From Oceanicaulis sp. (GTDB lineage Bacteria > Pseudomonadota > Alphaproteobacteria > Caulobacterales > Maricaulaceae), in NCBI GenBank assembly GCA_022565365.1, contig JAIUMW010000001.1, positions 1 through 54,956 on the forward strand: a DNA stretch of 54,956 bases, given 5' to 3'. The translations under genes and the position numbers were made by a program. The notes beneath the pieces are model-generated. The model was given only the letters and a program-made list of their open reading frames with translations. It did not search any database and was not told where the DNA came from. Positions within the stretch are counted from its first letter, which is position 1; each line of letters opens with the position of its first letter. Below, piece after piece: positions 28,008 to 38,196 of this stretch.

Positions 28008-29485
28008 GGGCCCGGCTCCACCTCGTCGAGCCCCGCCTCGCCCGCTTGCGGCAGGCCGGTGACCATCAGCTCATAGGGACCCGCCGACAGGACCCCCAGC
28101 GTCAGTGCGCAAAGGCCCAGCGCCAGCGGCGCCAGCGGGAGGGCCCAGTGCACGCGGGCTTGAAGGGCTGGCGTGTCGGTCCCGCTCATGAAGCGCGCGA
28201 TGGGCCGGAACAGATAGGCGGCGGCCAGAAGTCCGCCGGCGATGATCACGGCCGCATAGGGCCAGGCGCCCGATTCCAGCGCCGCGATCAGCATCAGATA
28301 TTTCGCCATGAAGCCGCCGCTGGGCGGCAAGCCCATCAGCGAGATGGCGCACAGGCCAAAGGCCAGCACCGTGACCGGCAGGGCGCGCCCGGCGCCCGCC
28401 ATGTCCCGGATCGTCCCGCTGCCCAGGGCGTGGATGATGATCCCGGCGGCCAGGAACAGCCCGGCCTTTGCCAGCATGTGGGCGCTGAGCTGAAAACCCA
28501 TCGCGCCCCAGGCGCCCGCCGCCCAGGGCGTCACTGCGCCGCCCGCACCCGCCAGCGGGAAGACGAAAAACAGATAGCCCAGCTGCGCCACCGTGGAGTA
28601 GGCGATCAGCGCCTTCAGCCCCTGCTGGCGCAGGGCCAGCACCGATCCGTAAAGCACCGCGCCTGCGCCCAGCACGCCGAACGCTTGGGCCATGTCCGGG
28701 CCGGCCAGGGCCGGCAGCGCCTCGAACCAGATGCGCAGGAGGATGAAGAAGGACGCCTTGACCACCAGCGCCGACAGAAGCGCGCTGACCACGGGCGGCG
28801 CGGCGCCATGGGCGGGCGGCAGCCAGCCATGCAGCGGAAACAATGCGGTCTTGGCCAGAAGCCCCGCCGACATCAGCGCTGCGCCGATCAGGACCGGCGT
28901 GCGGGCATCGCCCGCGCGCTGCGCAATGAGACCGATATCCAGCGTGCCGACGCTGGCGAAGATCAGCACCACGCCCAGGAGATAGGCCAGCGACCCGGCC
29001 AGCGCGACCATGAGATAATGCATCGCCGCCTTGCGCGACCCGAACGCGGCCAGCGCCACCGCGCACAGCGATAACAGCTCCAGCGCCACGTAGAGATTGA
29101 ACAAATCCCGGCTGATGAAGACCGCGTTCAGCGCCGCCCAAAGCCCATAGAAGAGCGGCCAGAAGGTATAGCGCCGCGTCGTCTCGCGCCCGGCCGGGCC
29201 GAAGCGGGCGAGCGCAAACAGGCCGGTGATCGCGGCCGTCACGGCGCTGGCGAGAATGAGCGCGGCGGCCAGCCCGTCCGCCTCCAGCACAATGCCCAGA
29301 GGCGCGTCCCAGCCGCCGAGCGGGCCGCCCGTCGCTCCGGCGCTCGCGCCCAGCGCCACAAGCACCGCCAGGGCGAGCATGACAGGCGCAGCGATCCAGA
29401 TGAGATGCGGCGCGCGCCGCCCGAGGATCAGGCTGGCCAGCATGAAGCCGAGCGGCGCAGCGGCCAGCGCAAAGAGCAGGCTCAT
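28004..29485 (-). CDS. mrpD: Mrp antiporter subunit D
   Basis: DLFNLYVALE, KTALFPLHGWLP, VVKAS, IAYSTVAQ, GLPPSGGFMAK. Confidence 0.88.
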   Translation of the reverse strand: MSLLFALAAAPLGFMLASLILGRRAPHLIWIAAPVMLALAVLVALGASAGATGGPLGGWDAPLGIVLEADGLAAALILASAVTAAITGLFALARFGPAGRETTRRYTFWPLFYGLWAALNAVFISRDLFNLYVALELLSLCAVALAAFGSRKAAMHYLMVALAGSLAYLLGVVLIFASVGTLDIGLIAQRAGDARTPVLIGAALMSAGLLAKTALFPLHGWLPPAHGAAPPVVSALLSALVVKASFFILLRIWFEALPALAGPDMAQAFGVLGAGAVLYGSVLALRQQGLKALIAYSTVAQLGYLFFVFPLAGAGGAVTPWAAGAWGAMGFQLSAHMLAKAGLFLAAGIIIHALGSGTIRDMAGAGRALPVTVLAFGLCAISLMGLPPSGGFMAKYLMLIAALESGAWPYAAVIIAGGLLAAAYLFRPIARFMSGTDTPALQARVHWALPLAPLALGLCALTLGVLSAGPYELMVTGLPQAGEAGLDEVEPGP

Positions 29486-29808
29486 GGACCGCCCTCCGCA
29501 TCGTCATCGCTGTCGTCATCCTCATCTCCATCCTGCGCCAGGCGTACGCCCAGCGCTGCGGCAAAGGCGGTCAGAGCCAGGGCCACGACAATGCCGGTGA
29601 TGATCAGCGCCTGGGGGACCGGGTCTACGCCGCCGCCGAAATACGCTGCGCCGCCGAACAGGAGGAAGATCCCGCTGCCGATCACATTGAAGGCGATCAG
29701 CCGGTGGATCAGCGCGCGGCGCACGATGAAGCCATAAAACCCCAGCGCGATGAGCCCCGCGCCGGTCAGCGCGTACAGCACGCTGCGATCGGTGAGCGCC
29801 TCCATCAC
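29482..29808 (-). CDS. mrpC: Mrp antiporter subunit C
   Basis: DPVPQALIITGIVV, three hydrophobic segments. Confidence 0.9.
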   Translation of the reverse strand: MMEALTDRSVLYALTGAGLIALGFYGFIVRRALIHRLIAFNVIGSGIFLLFGGAAYFGGGVDPVPQALIITGIVVALALTAFAAALGVRLAQDGDEDDDSDDDAEGGP

Positions 29809-30731
29809 CGCCGCCTCGCCGGTCCGGCGATCAGCAGGGCGAGGGTCGCTGCGATGGACAGGGTGAGGGCGTATTCGATGACGAGAATGACAGGCTTGGC
29901 CTGTCCTTCAGGATAGCTCAGCGGCGCGCCCAGCAGCATGCCGATGAGCCCCACGCCGAGGAAAACCAGCGGCCCCAGAATGATCAGGGCGCGCAGCGGC
30001 AGCCTCGACAGGCGCGGTTCGTCGCGCAGCCCCGCCAGCACGATCAGGATCCACACCGCCGCCAGAACCGTGCCCGCCTGAAAGGCGCCGCCGGGTGCGT
30101 CGGCGCCCGCCCAGACCAGATAGACCGCCACTATGAGGCCCCGCGGCGGCAGCATGCGCCCGAAACTCGCCAGCACGCCGTCGGGGGGTTTGACATGGTT
30201 TGGCCCCGGTATCCCGCCCCAGAATTGGGATGGCGTCAGCGACCAGACTGCGGCGAGCGCTGCGGTCAGGACGAGGGTTTCCAGAAGCGTATCATAGGCG
30301 CGGAAACCCAGCAGCACGCCGGTTACCGGATTGCCAAGCTCCAGCGCGCCTTGATTTTCGGGCACTTCGCCGGCGAGCCCGTCATGGCCGGGCAGGGAGA
30401 GCACGGCAAAGCTGATCACGCCGCACAGCGCCGCAGCGGCCCCGCCGGCGGCGAGATGCAGGGGCCAGGGCGTTGGAGCTTCGGGTTCGCCGCCGCCGCC
30501 ATCGCGTATGCCCTGCCATGCGCCGATCAGCAGCACGCCGGTCACGCCGGCGCCAATGGCGGCCTCGGCCAGCGAGACGTCCACTGCGCCGAGGGTGATC
30601 CAGGCTAGCGCAATCAGCACGCCATAGACGATGAAGAACACGATGGAGCCGAACAGATCGCGTCCGAACACGGCCAGAGCGGCCGCGCCGAGGATCAGGA
30701 TACACAGGGCCAGGTCGAAGGCGAGACTCAC
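29805..30731 (-). CDS. mrpB: Mrp subunit B (DUF4040 plus MnhB domains)
   Basis: DVSLAEAAIG, NPVTGVLLGFRAYDTLLE, PGGAFQAG. Confidence 0.88.
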   Translation of the reverse strand: MSLAFDLALCILILGAAALAVFGRDLFGSIVFFIVYGVLIALAWITLGAVDVSLAEAAIGAGVTGVLLIGAWQGIRDGGGGEPEAPTPWPLHLAAGGAAAALCGVISFAVLSLPGHDGLAGEVPENQGALELGNPVTGVLLGFRAYDTLLETLVLTAALAAVWSLTPSQFWGGIPGPNHVKPPDGVLASFGRMLPPRGLIVAVYLVWAGADAPGGAFQAGTVLAAVWILIVLAGLRDEPRLSRLPLRALIILGPLVFLGVGLIGMLLGAPLSYPEGQAKPVILVIEYALTLSIAATLALLIAGPARRR

Positions 30732-31018
30732 GCGTTATGCTCCGGAGAGAGCGCCGCGCGGGCGACCAGCTGGGCCGCCATGCCGGCGGCGAACAGGGCC
30801 AGCAGCCAGATCAGGGCGAGCTTTCCGGCAATCCACCCGTCGCCGAAATGCAGGCCCGCCGCGATCACGATGGCCATAAGTCCCAGATTGTCCGCCTTGG
30901 TCAGGGCATGCAGGCGCGAATGCACGTCGGGAAAACGCAGAATTCCCACCGTCCCGGCGAAATAGAAGAACACGCCGATGGCCAGCAGGGCGGCGGTGAT
31001 CAGTTCGACAACGCTCAT
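30728..31018 (-). CDS. mrpG: Mrp antiporter subunit G
   Basis: GILRFPDVHSRLHALTKADNLG. Confidence 0.92.
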   Translation of the reverse strand: MSVVELITAALLAIGVFFYFAGTVGILRFPDVHSRLHALTKADNLGLMAIVIAAGLHFGDGWIAGKLALIWLLALFAAGMAAQLVARAALSPEHNA

Positions 31019-31311
31019 CGCCCGTCCTCCGTGTCTGCTTCGGGATCCCCGGCGCCGTCGCGGGTAATGGTCTTCACAAAGGCGATGGCGGCGAAGGCGG
31101 CGAGCAAGGCCAGTACCAACGCCACGTCGAGAATGGCGGGTTCGCGCCGGGCCGCAGCGATCAGCACCGCTACGCCCCCCCCGCCTGATCCAATCAGCTG
31201 AGCGCTCATCATACGGTCAGCGCGGCCTGGCCCCCGCCAGGCCCGGTACAGCGCCCCGGCCACCGACAGCAGCACACACAGGGCCGCCAGCATGAAGAGC
31301 TCTTCCATCAT
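31015..31311 (-). CDS. mrpF: Mrp antiporter subunit F
   Basis: RGPGRADR, DVALVLALLAAFAAIAF. Confidence 0.9.
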   Translation of the reverse strand: MMEELFMLAALCVLLSVAGALYRAWRGPGRADRMMSAQLIGSGGGGVAVLIAAARREPAILDVALVLALLAAFAAIAFVKTITRDGAGDPEADTEDGR

Positions 31312-31832
31312 GAGACGCGGCCTTCCTCGTTTGCGTCCCCGTCCTCAGAGAAGGCGCGCGCCAGGCGCTTTTCCTCGGCGGCGAGGCGTGTTTGCGTTCG
31401 CTCACTCGCGTCGAGGCAATGGATCTTCAGGCCCGCCTCATCGCATCCGGCCGACAGCGTGCCGGGCAGAAGGCTGGTCTCCGCCCCAAACAGCGATCGC
31501 GCCGGGCCATCGCGCATCGAGGTCTTTTGCGAGACCCAGCCCGGGCTGACAGGCAGGCGCGGGTGCAGGGCGCGCCAGGCGACATCCACGCCGCCCACAA
31601 TGGAGCGCATCAAGAAGCCGGGAAACAGGGCGAACAGGCGAAGCACGCGCGCCGGCCGCGGCCCGGCGGGCAGGAGGATCAGGCTCAGCGCCGTCGCGCA
31701 CACCACCGCGACTGCGCCATACACCCACGCCTGCGCATCGCCGCCGGTCAGGGCCAGCCATACCAGCGCCATCAGGACGGCGCGCTTCAACACGGTCAGG
31801 AACACGGGATGGAACACGGCTTGTTGTTTCAA
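31308..31832 (-). CDS. mrpE: Mrp antiporter subunit E (start uncertain, ~31793-31832)
   Basis: WLALTG, GGVDVAWR, SLLPGTL; first gene of the operon. Confidence 0.85.
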   Translation of the reverse strand: MKQQAVFHPVFLTVLKRAVLMALVWLALTGGDAQAWVYGAVAVVCATALSLILLPAGPRPARVLRLFALFPGFLMRSIVGGVDVAWRALHPRLPVSPGWVSQKTSMRDGPARSLFGAETSLLPGTLSAGCDEAGLKIHCLDASERTQTRLAAEEKRLARAFSEDGDANEEGRVS

Positions 31833-32000
31833 CTTCAGTCTGCCCCCGGCCATCCAAGTAAATCCGACCGCCCGCCCGATAGCAAACCGGCGGCGCGCGG
31901 ATGGCTGACATGACCGGCCACGCCACAGGCCGGAAAGGAACCGGCGGAGCCTGCGCGGATTGACCCAGCGGGATTTCAGCCACACGGATCATGTCGCGCC

Positions 32001-32267
32001 ATGTCGTTAATCGTCACAATTGCAGGGGTCATCTGCATTCTGGCCGGGCTCGTGCTGGCCTGGTCGCCCGTGCCCCTGGGAATCGTGTTGATACCGGCGG
32101 GCGCCGCAATGATCGTGACGACCTCCGGGCGCGCCCGGTCATGGTTGCACCGGCGGCGCGTGAACAACCCGAAGCTGGACCGGGGGCTGCGCACGATGGA
32201 AGACAAGGCGCCCGAAAGCATCGCCCGCCCTTTGCGGAAAACTGCCGCACACACCCGCAATCGCTGA
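32001..32267 (+). CDS. Small membrane protein (PGPGW-like)
   Basis: Hydrophobic hairpin GLVLAWSPVPLGIVLIPAG with a basic tail. Confidence 0.6.
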   Translation: MSLIVTIAGVICILAGLVLAWSPVPLGIVLIPAGAAMIVTTSGRARSWLHRRRVNNPKLDRGLRTMEDKAPESIARPLRKTAAHTRNR

Positions 32268-32423
32268 CAATTCCGGATGCTCGTCAGAGGCTCGGCTTGC
32301 AGGGCAGCCTGCTGCGCGCCGCCCGGCCGCACTTTGGGCAGTCAGGGCGGAACCGCGCCACCGGGCAGGGGGTTGCAATATACGGCGGCGCGCACAGCGC
32401 CGCAACGCAAACAAGGAATTCCC

Positions 32424-32582
32424 ATGGATATTGTCCGCATCGTCTTTGCGATCCTCCTGCCGCCGGTCGGCGTCTTCCTGCAGGTGGGGATCGGCGTGCA
32501 GTTCTGGATCAATATCCTGCTGACGCTGCTGGGCTATATCCCGGGCATTGTCCACGCAGTCTGGATCATTGCGCGGCGCTAG
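32424..32582 (+). CDS. YqaE/Pmp3 family stress membrane protein
   Basis: AILLPPVGV...INILLTLLGYIPGIVHA; RBS AAGGA. Confidence 0.93.
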   Translation: MDIVRIVFAILLPPVGVFLQVGIGVQFWINILLTLLGYIPGIVHAVWIIARR

Positions 32583-32599
32583 ACCGCTTTGACACACTG

Positions 32600-33382
32600 T
32601 CAGGCCCGCAGCGGCAGAGTCTGATCGCGGGCCGGATGAAACCGTCCGGCCGCGTCGGCTTCATGGTGCACCAAGCGAATCGCCTCGCGCTCCAGGACAA
32701 GCTCGTTGAACCCTGCCGGTTCGATCCGGGTGCGCCCGGAGAAGGCGGTCGAAGCGCCGACAAACCAGCATGTGTTGTTCCCGGCTTCGACCGGCAGGGC
32801 GAAGGTGCGGTGCAGATGGCCCGTGAGCACCAGGCTGCAATGGCGCGCCAGTTCGCTCGCGGTTTCCGGCCCGCGCCTTGTGCGCCCGCGGCCCGCAGCA
32901 TCATCCGGCGTGATCAGCGGGTGATGACAGGCGGCGATGCGCAGGGCGGCGTCATCCAGATCGAACCGGGCGACCAAATTCTTGACATCGCGCCGCGACA
33001 CGCGCCCCAGCGACCAGTCGAGGCGCCATTGCGCGCGCCGCGCCGTGTGCAGGGTTTCCACATGGAAGGCATCAGTCTTCAGGCGGGGCGAGACCACCGG
33101 TCCCACCAGGCGGTGAAAGCGTTGCCAGGGCGTCAGGACGCGGTGATCAACGGCATAGACCGGCACATCATGATTGCCCGGCGCGCCGATGATTGGAACC
33201 TTGAGGGAGTCAAAAAAGGCGCGCGCCTGGGCAAACTCCCTGCGGCGTCCGGCTTGGGTGAAATCGCCGGTGGCGATCACGGCGTCGGGCGGGTGGCCCT
33301 GGCAATACTCGGCCAGAGACTCGACCAGCGACCGACTCTCGTCGCCGAAATGCAGGTCCGCAATGTGCAACAGACGCGTCAT
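32600..33382 (-). CDS. Metallophosphoesterase
   Basis: DLHFG, TGDFT, PGNHD, HHP, GHLH. Confidence 0.9.
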   Translation of the reverse strand: MTRLLHIADLHFGDESRSLVESLAEYCQGHPPDAVIATGDFTQAGRRREFAQARAFFDSLKVPIIGAPGNHDVPVYAVDHRVLTPWQRFHRLVGPVVSPRLKTDAFHVETLHTARRAQWRLDWSLGRVSRRDVKNLVARFDLDDAALRIAACHHPLITPDDAAGRGRTRRGPETASELARHCSLVLTGHLHRTFALPVEAGNNTCWFVGASTAFSGRTRIEPAGFNELVLEREAIRLVHHEADAAGRFHPARDQTLPLRA

Positions 33383-34281
33383 GCCGTCGGGGACATGACA
33401 CACAGGCCATCCTCGATCAACTCGAACACCACCGGGGCGTTCGCCTCGAACGGCTCGCCGTCGACGATAAGCGGGATGGGCCGCCTGGCGTTGGCTTCGA
33501 TCCGGCGTGCGGTGGTGCGCCAGGCGCGCGGCTGATGTTCGAAATCATTGAAGGCGGCCCGTGCGACCATGATGGACAGGTCAATGACGCCCTGCGGCCG
33601 GCCGGCATAAATCTCCAGCAGCGGGGCAAAGACGGACTCGCCGTCGCGCGCGTGGGCATCGCCCATCCGCCCCACAGAGATATAGGCCGCCTTGGCCGGC
33701 CGGTAGCGCGTCTCCTCATCCACCAGAAAGCCGATATAGCGGGTGGACAGGCCGCGCCTCCCGACCTGCAAATGGCGCCAGACGGCGGCCATGCGTCCTC
33801 CGCTGGGCGGCTTGCGCAGCAATTCGCGCGCCTGGGCGAACGAGGGTGTGATCCCCACCGCGGCGGCGATCAGAAACGCCCGGCCATCACTCCGGCCACC
33901 GATCCGGCCAACCGGTATCTGGCGCGGCGCCCAGCCGGCGGATGCGGCGATGACCGCGGCCATGTCCGCCTCGCCGCAAATGCGCCGGGCCAGCAGGTTT
34001 GCGGTGCCTGCGGGCAGGACCAGCAAGGGTGGCGGATTGTCCAGGGCGGCGAACGCGGTGGCGAGCGCAGCCACCGTGCCGTCGCCCGCAGCAATAGCGA
34101 CACAATCGTGAAACTCGCTTTTGACCTGTGCAATCCCGGCCTCGATATCGTCGGTGAGGTCGGCGATTGTGACCGGGGACCAGCCCGCGCTTTCAAGCCT
34201 GCTCACTACATCCTCTACGGTCAGCCCGCCGGTGAAGGCGCCGGCGTTCCGGTTCACAAGCAGATGCAGGCTACGCGCCAT
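33379..34281 (-). CDS. Diacylglycerol/lipid kinase family protein
   Basis: VNRNAG, AGDGT, PAGTAN, VDGE. Confidence 0.88.
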   Translation of the reverse strand: MARSLHLLVNRNAGAFTGGLTVEDVVSRLESAGWSPVTIADLTDDIEAGIAQVKSEFHDCVAIAAGDGTVAALATAFAALDNPPPLLVLPAGTANLLARRICGEADMAAVIAASAGWAPRQIPVGRIGGRSDGRAFLIAAAVGITPSFAQARELLRKPPSGGRMAAVWRHLQVGRRGLSTRYIGFLVDEETRYRPAKAAYISVGRMGDAHARDGESVFAPLLEIYAGRPQGVIDLSIMVARAAFNDFEHQPRAWRTTARRIEANARRPIPLIVDGEPFEANAPVVFELIEDGLCVMSPTA

Positions 34282-34483
34282 GGTCACTCCGTTGGCTTTG
34301 GGGCTGACGTGTATAATGCTCCCCGGCGGTTCCAGGTTCCGCTTATGCTCAGCGCGCTTGCTTGCCTGCGCGCTCGCTTCGGCCGCCGCCATGATCTATG
34401 AGAGGCGCGACGCCCTGACAGGACCGGGCGCCGCGAGGGATCTGCGCGTGATCCGGACACGGATAACGACAGCAGGGGCGTTC

Positions 34484-35278
34484 ATGCAGGCATTTCAGGA
34501 AACCAGCTGCCCCGTATGCGGGGCTGCCGAAGCGCACGTCTTTCTCAAGGAGACGAACGTCTCCTGCAGCGACTATTTCGAAGGTGTTCGTCTTTATAAT
34601 GATGACATCGGCGACACGGCGCTCGTGAAATGCACCGTGTGCGGCTTTGCCCGATTTCGCGACATGCATGCCTGGACGCCGGAGACATTCCGGGAGCGCA
34701 TCTACAATAAAGACTATCACCTGTGCGACCCGCCGTTTGAGGAGGAGCGTCCGGCCCGGCTGGCGCGCTGGCTGGCGCCGCTGTGTGAAGGACACCGTCT
34801 GATCGATTATGGCGGCGGTGAGGGCCGCACCGCAGCCCTGCTTCGGGATCAGGAGATCGACGCCGTCGCATTTGATCCGTTTTACTCCGGCGAGACGCTG
34901 CCGGACTGGCGGGCTGACATCGTCACCGCCTTTGAAGTCGTCGAGCATGTTCCGGCCCAACGCGCGCTGTTTTCGACCCTGCTTGCTCTGCTCGCGCCGG
35001 GCGGCGTGGTGGTCTTCTCCACCCTGCTGCAACCTGAAACCCTGGCGCCGGACTGGTGGTACGCCTCCGCGCGCAACGGCCATGTGTCCTTCCACACGCC
35101 TGACAGCCTGGGCAGGACGCTGCGCGGCGCCGGTGCGGATATGATCTCGCTCTCTGATGAAGTTCATGTGGCGTCCCGCGATGCCGGCGCGCTGGAGCGT
35201 TGGCGCAGGGTTGATCCGGTCGCCGTAAGCGGCACGCCGCGCCATGCCTTCGTGCGCGCCTGGGCCGAGTTGGCATAG
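34484..35278 (+). CDS. Class I SAM-dependent methyltransferase with N-terminal CxxC pairs
   Basis: CPVC...CTVC, IDYGGGEG, AFEVVEH, NGHVSF. Confidence 0.85.
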   Translation: MQAFQETSCPVCGAAEAHVFLKETNVSCSDYFEGVRLYNDDIGDTALVKCTVCGFARFRDMHAWTPETFRERIYNKDYHLCDPPFEEERPARLARWLAPLCEGHRLIDYGGGEGRTAALLRDQEIDAVAFDPFYSGETLPDWRADIVTAFEVVEHVPAQRALFSTLLALLAPGGVVVFSTLLQPETLAPDWWYASARNGHVSFHTPDSLGRTLRGAGADMISLSDEVHVASRDAGALERWRRVDPVAVSGTPRHAFVRAWAELA

Positions 35279-35463
35279 GGCGCCTGGGCGTTCCGCCGCC
35301 TACCTGCTTCAGGGACGCGGCCCGCCAGACGCTGCAACGCGTGACAGCGCGCCAGCTTGGACCCGTCTGGCAACAGCCTCGCCCATGCGTTTCACGCCCG
35401 TGATGTGCGCTTGGTACGCGCCGCCCCCTTTGCGCCGCGCGCTGGCATGACTACACCGCACTC

Positions 35464-37053
35464 ATGCTCACGATCACAAACCTTGATTACCGCATCGGCG
35501 CGCGCTCTTTGTTCGAGAATGCGTCCGCGCAAATATCCAGCGGCTGGAAAGTCGGCCTGGTCGGCCGCAACGGCACGGGCAAGTCCACCTTGCTCAAACT
35601 GATCCGCGAGGAGATCGAGAGCCCGTCGCCCGATTCCGCGATCCGCCTCAATAAAGGCGCGCGCATGGGCTGGGTCGCGCAGGAGGTGGAGCCGTCCGAC
35701 GACACCATTCTCGACGTGGTGCTGGCCACCGACGCCGAGCGCCACGCCCTGATGCAGGAAGCTGAAACGGCGATGGACCCCGACCGGATCGGCGAGATCC
35801 ACATGCGCCTGGCCGATATCGACGCCTGGTCGGCCGAGGCGCGCGCCGCCGATGTGCTGATGGGGCTGGGCTTCACCAACGCCGATCTCTACCGCCCGAC
35901 GCGCGAGTTCTCCGGCGGCTGGCGCATGCGCGCGGCCATTGCCGGGGTGTTGTTCTCCGAGCCGGACCTTCTCCTGCTGGACGAGCCGACCAACTATCTC
36001 GATCTGGAAGGCGCGGCCTGGCTTGAGAGCTACCTCAAAAAATACCCCCACACCGTACTGGTCGTCTCTCACGACCGGGAAATGCTCAATCGCTGCGTCA
36101 CCCACACCATGGCGCTGGAGCACAAACAGCTCTCGGTCTCGCCAGGCGGCTATGACGCCTGGCTGAGGCTGCGCGCGGCCAAGACGGCGCTTCTGGAAAG
36201 CCAGCGCGCCAAGCAGGACGCCGACCGCGCCCACCTGCAGGCCTTCATCGACCGCTTCCGCGCCAAGGCCTCCAAGGCCACCCAGGCCCAGTCGCGCGTG
36301 AAAATGCTGGAAAAGATGCAGGAGATCACCGTCCCGCTCGAAGAGCGCACGACGCCGTTCTCCTTCCCCACCTCCACCGACAAGCTCTCCCCGCCGCTTT
36401 TGCAGCTGCGCGGCGCCTCGGTGGGCTATGGCGAAGATGCAGTGATCCTGTCCGGCATCGATCTGCGCCTTGATCCTGAGGACCGCATCGCCATTGTCGG
36501 CGCCAACGGCCAGGGCAAGACCACTTTGGTCAAATCCATCGCCAAGCGGCTGGAGCTGATCGCGGGCGACCGGGTGGCGCCGCGCTCGCTGCGCATCGGC
36601 TATTTCTCGCAAGACCAGATGGACGAGCTGCACCCCGGCGAAACCGTGCTGGAGCATGTGCGCGACGCCCTGCCCAAGGACACGCCGCCGGCCAAGCAAC
36701 GCGCCGCCGCCGCCGCCATGGGCTTCTCCTACGAGAAGGTGGAGACCAAGATCGAAAAGCTCTCCGGCGGCGAGAAAGTGCGGCTTCTGCTCGGCCTGAT
36801 GGCGATGGAAAAGCCCCACATCCTGATCCTGGACGAACCGACCTCCCACCTCGACATCGACAGCCGCGAAGCGCTGATCTACGCCCTCAACGATTATAAC
36901 GGCGCGGTCGTCCTGATCACCCACGACGTCTATCTGGCCGAAGGCACCGCTGACCAGCTCTGGCTGGTCAAGGACGGCAAGGCCTCGCGCTATGACGGCG
37001 ACCTCAACGATTACCGCAAGCTGGTGCTGCAGGCGGACCGGGCTGCGGGTTAG
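35464..37053 (+). CDS. ABC-F family ATPase
   Basis: Two ABC domains (GRNGTGKS/FSGGW/LDEPTN and GANGQGKT/LSGGE/LDEPT), no TM segments. Confidence 0.95.
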   Translation: MLTITNLDYRIGARSLFENASAQISSGWKVGLVGRNGTGKSTLLKLIREEIESPSPDSAIRLNKGARMGWVAQEVEPSDDTILDVVLATDAERHALMQEAETAMDPDRIGEIHMRLADIDAWSAEARAADVLMGLGFTNADLYRPTREFSGGWRMRAAIAGVLFSEPDLLLLDEPTNYLDLEGAAWLESYLKKYPHTVLVVSHDREMLNRCVTHTMALEHKQLSVSPGGYDAWLRLRAAKTALLESQRAKQDADRAHLQAFIDRFRAKASKATQAQSRVKMLEKMQEITVPLEERTTPFSFPTSTDKLSPPLLQLRGASVGYGEDAVILSGIDLRLDPEDRIAIVGANGQGKTTLVKSIAKRLELIAGDRVAPRSLRIGYFSQDQMDELHPGETVLEHVRDALPKDTPPAKQRAAAAAMGFSYEKVETKIEKLSGGEKVRLLLGLMAMEKPHILILDEPTSHLDIDSREALIYALNDYNGAVVLITHDVYLAEGTADQLWLVKDGKASRYDGDLNDYRKLVLQADRAAG

Positions 37054-37061
37054 GCGTCGCT

Positions 37062-38072
37062 TTAGCGCTCCAGCACGCTGCGGATCCACGGGCTGAAGGG
37101 CGAGGCGCCCAGCCAGGCGAGCTGGGCCTCGTTGCTGGCTTCGTTGATGCCAAGCTGGGGCCTGTTGCCCGGGTGGACGGCGAGGCGCAGGGGGCGGGTT
37201 CCGCGCGGACTGGCGATGATGTCGGCGATGGTGTTGGGGATGTCCATCGGATCGGTGGTCCCGCCGCCGCCGCGCGCTTCGCCCATGCCGGCGGTCAGTT
37301 CAGGGTAGGCGGCCAGTTGCTCTTCCGGCGTCCGGTCGCGCAGCGCAGCGCCGAGCCCGCTGGCATTCTCCCATATTTGCGTGGGGTAGCCGCCGGGCTG
37401 GATGATCGTCACGTCAATGCCGTGGGGGACCAGCTCATAGGCCATCGCCTCGCTCATAGCCTCCAGCGCGAACTTGGTCGGCGAGTAATGCCCCAGGCCC
37501 GGCGCGATCACCCGGCCCAGCTGTGAGGATATCTGCACGATCAGGCCGTGACCGGCCGCGCGCATGGCCGGCAGAACGGCGCGCGCCATGCGGTGGGGGC
37601 CGTAGGTGTTGGTTTCAAAGATGAGGCGCGTCGCCTCCATGTCCTGCAGCTCGATCGGGCTGCCCAGCGCGATGCCAGCATTATTGATCAATACGTCGAG
37701 GGTTCCGCCCGTCGCCTCCAGCACTGCGCCCACGCCGCGCGCTACGCTGTCTTCAGAGGTGACGTCAATCTCCACCACCTCGATGGCGAGCCCCTCGGCT
37801 TCGGCCAGGGCGGTCAGCTCATCGGCCTCGGGCCTCGGCAGATTGCGCATCGAAGCGAAGACCCGGGCGCCAAGCCTTGCATAATGCTCTGCGCCCAGCC
37901 GCCCGAAGCCCGAGGATGAGCCAGTAATAAGAATGGTTTGACCCGCCAGAGACGGCTCGGGCGCGTCCGCCCGGCCCAGTGCCTGCGACGCACCGCCCAA
38001 CACCCCCGCCGCGCCGATTACCGCCGCTGATCCGCGCAGCAAATCACGCCGTCTCACACCCTGTCTGGCCAT
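37062..38072 (-). CDS. SDR oxidoreductase with predicted Tat signal peptide
   Basis: RRRDLLRG + hydrophobic stretch; TGSSSGFG, NNAG, YSPTK. Confidence 0.87.
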   Translation of the reverse strand: MARQGVRRRDLLRGSAAVIGAAGVLGGASQALGRADAPEPSLAGQTILITGSSSGFGRLGAEHYARLGARVFASMRNLPRPEADELTALAEAEGLAIEVVEIDVTSEDSVARGVGAVLEATGGTLDVLINNAGIALGSPIELQDMEATRLIFETNTYGPHRMARAVLPAMRAAGHGLIVQISSQLGRVIAPGLGHYSPTKFALEAMSEAMAYELVPHGIDVTIIQPGGYPTQIWENASGLGAALRDRTPEEQLAAYPELTAGMGEARGGGGTTDPMDIPNTIADIIASPRGTRPLRLAVHPGNRPQLGINEASNEAQLAWLGASPFSPWIRSVLER

Positions 38073-38196
38073 CTCTGTCTCTTTCATTCGATGTCTGAGC
38101 CGTTCGGGACAGAATAGGCTTGATCAAGGGGAACACAAAGCGGTGGTGCGGTGGGAGTGCAATGAGGTGGAGCACAGAGGGTCCATCGGCCGCGCC

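Noticed and set aside
31991-33535. 514 aa plus-strand ORF
   Set aside because: Overlaps three better-supported genes; composition looks non-coding
35392-37089. Long antisense ORFs (also 1320-2798, 4938-6341, 48046-50157, 52470-53846)
   Set aside because: Shadow frames of well-supported genes in high-GC DNA with no recognisable motifs
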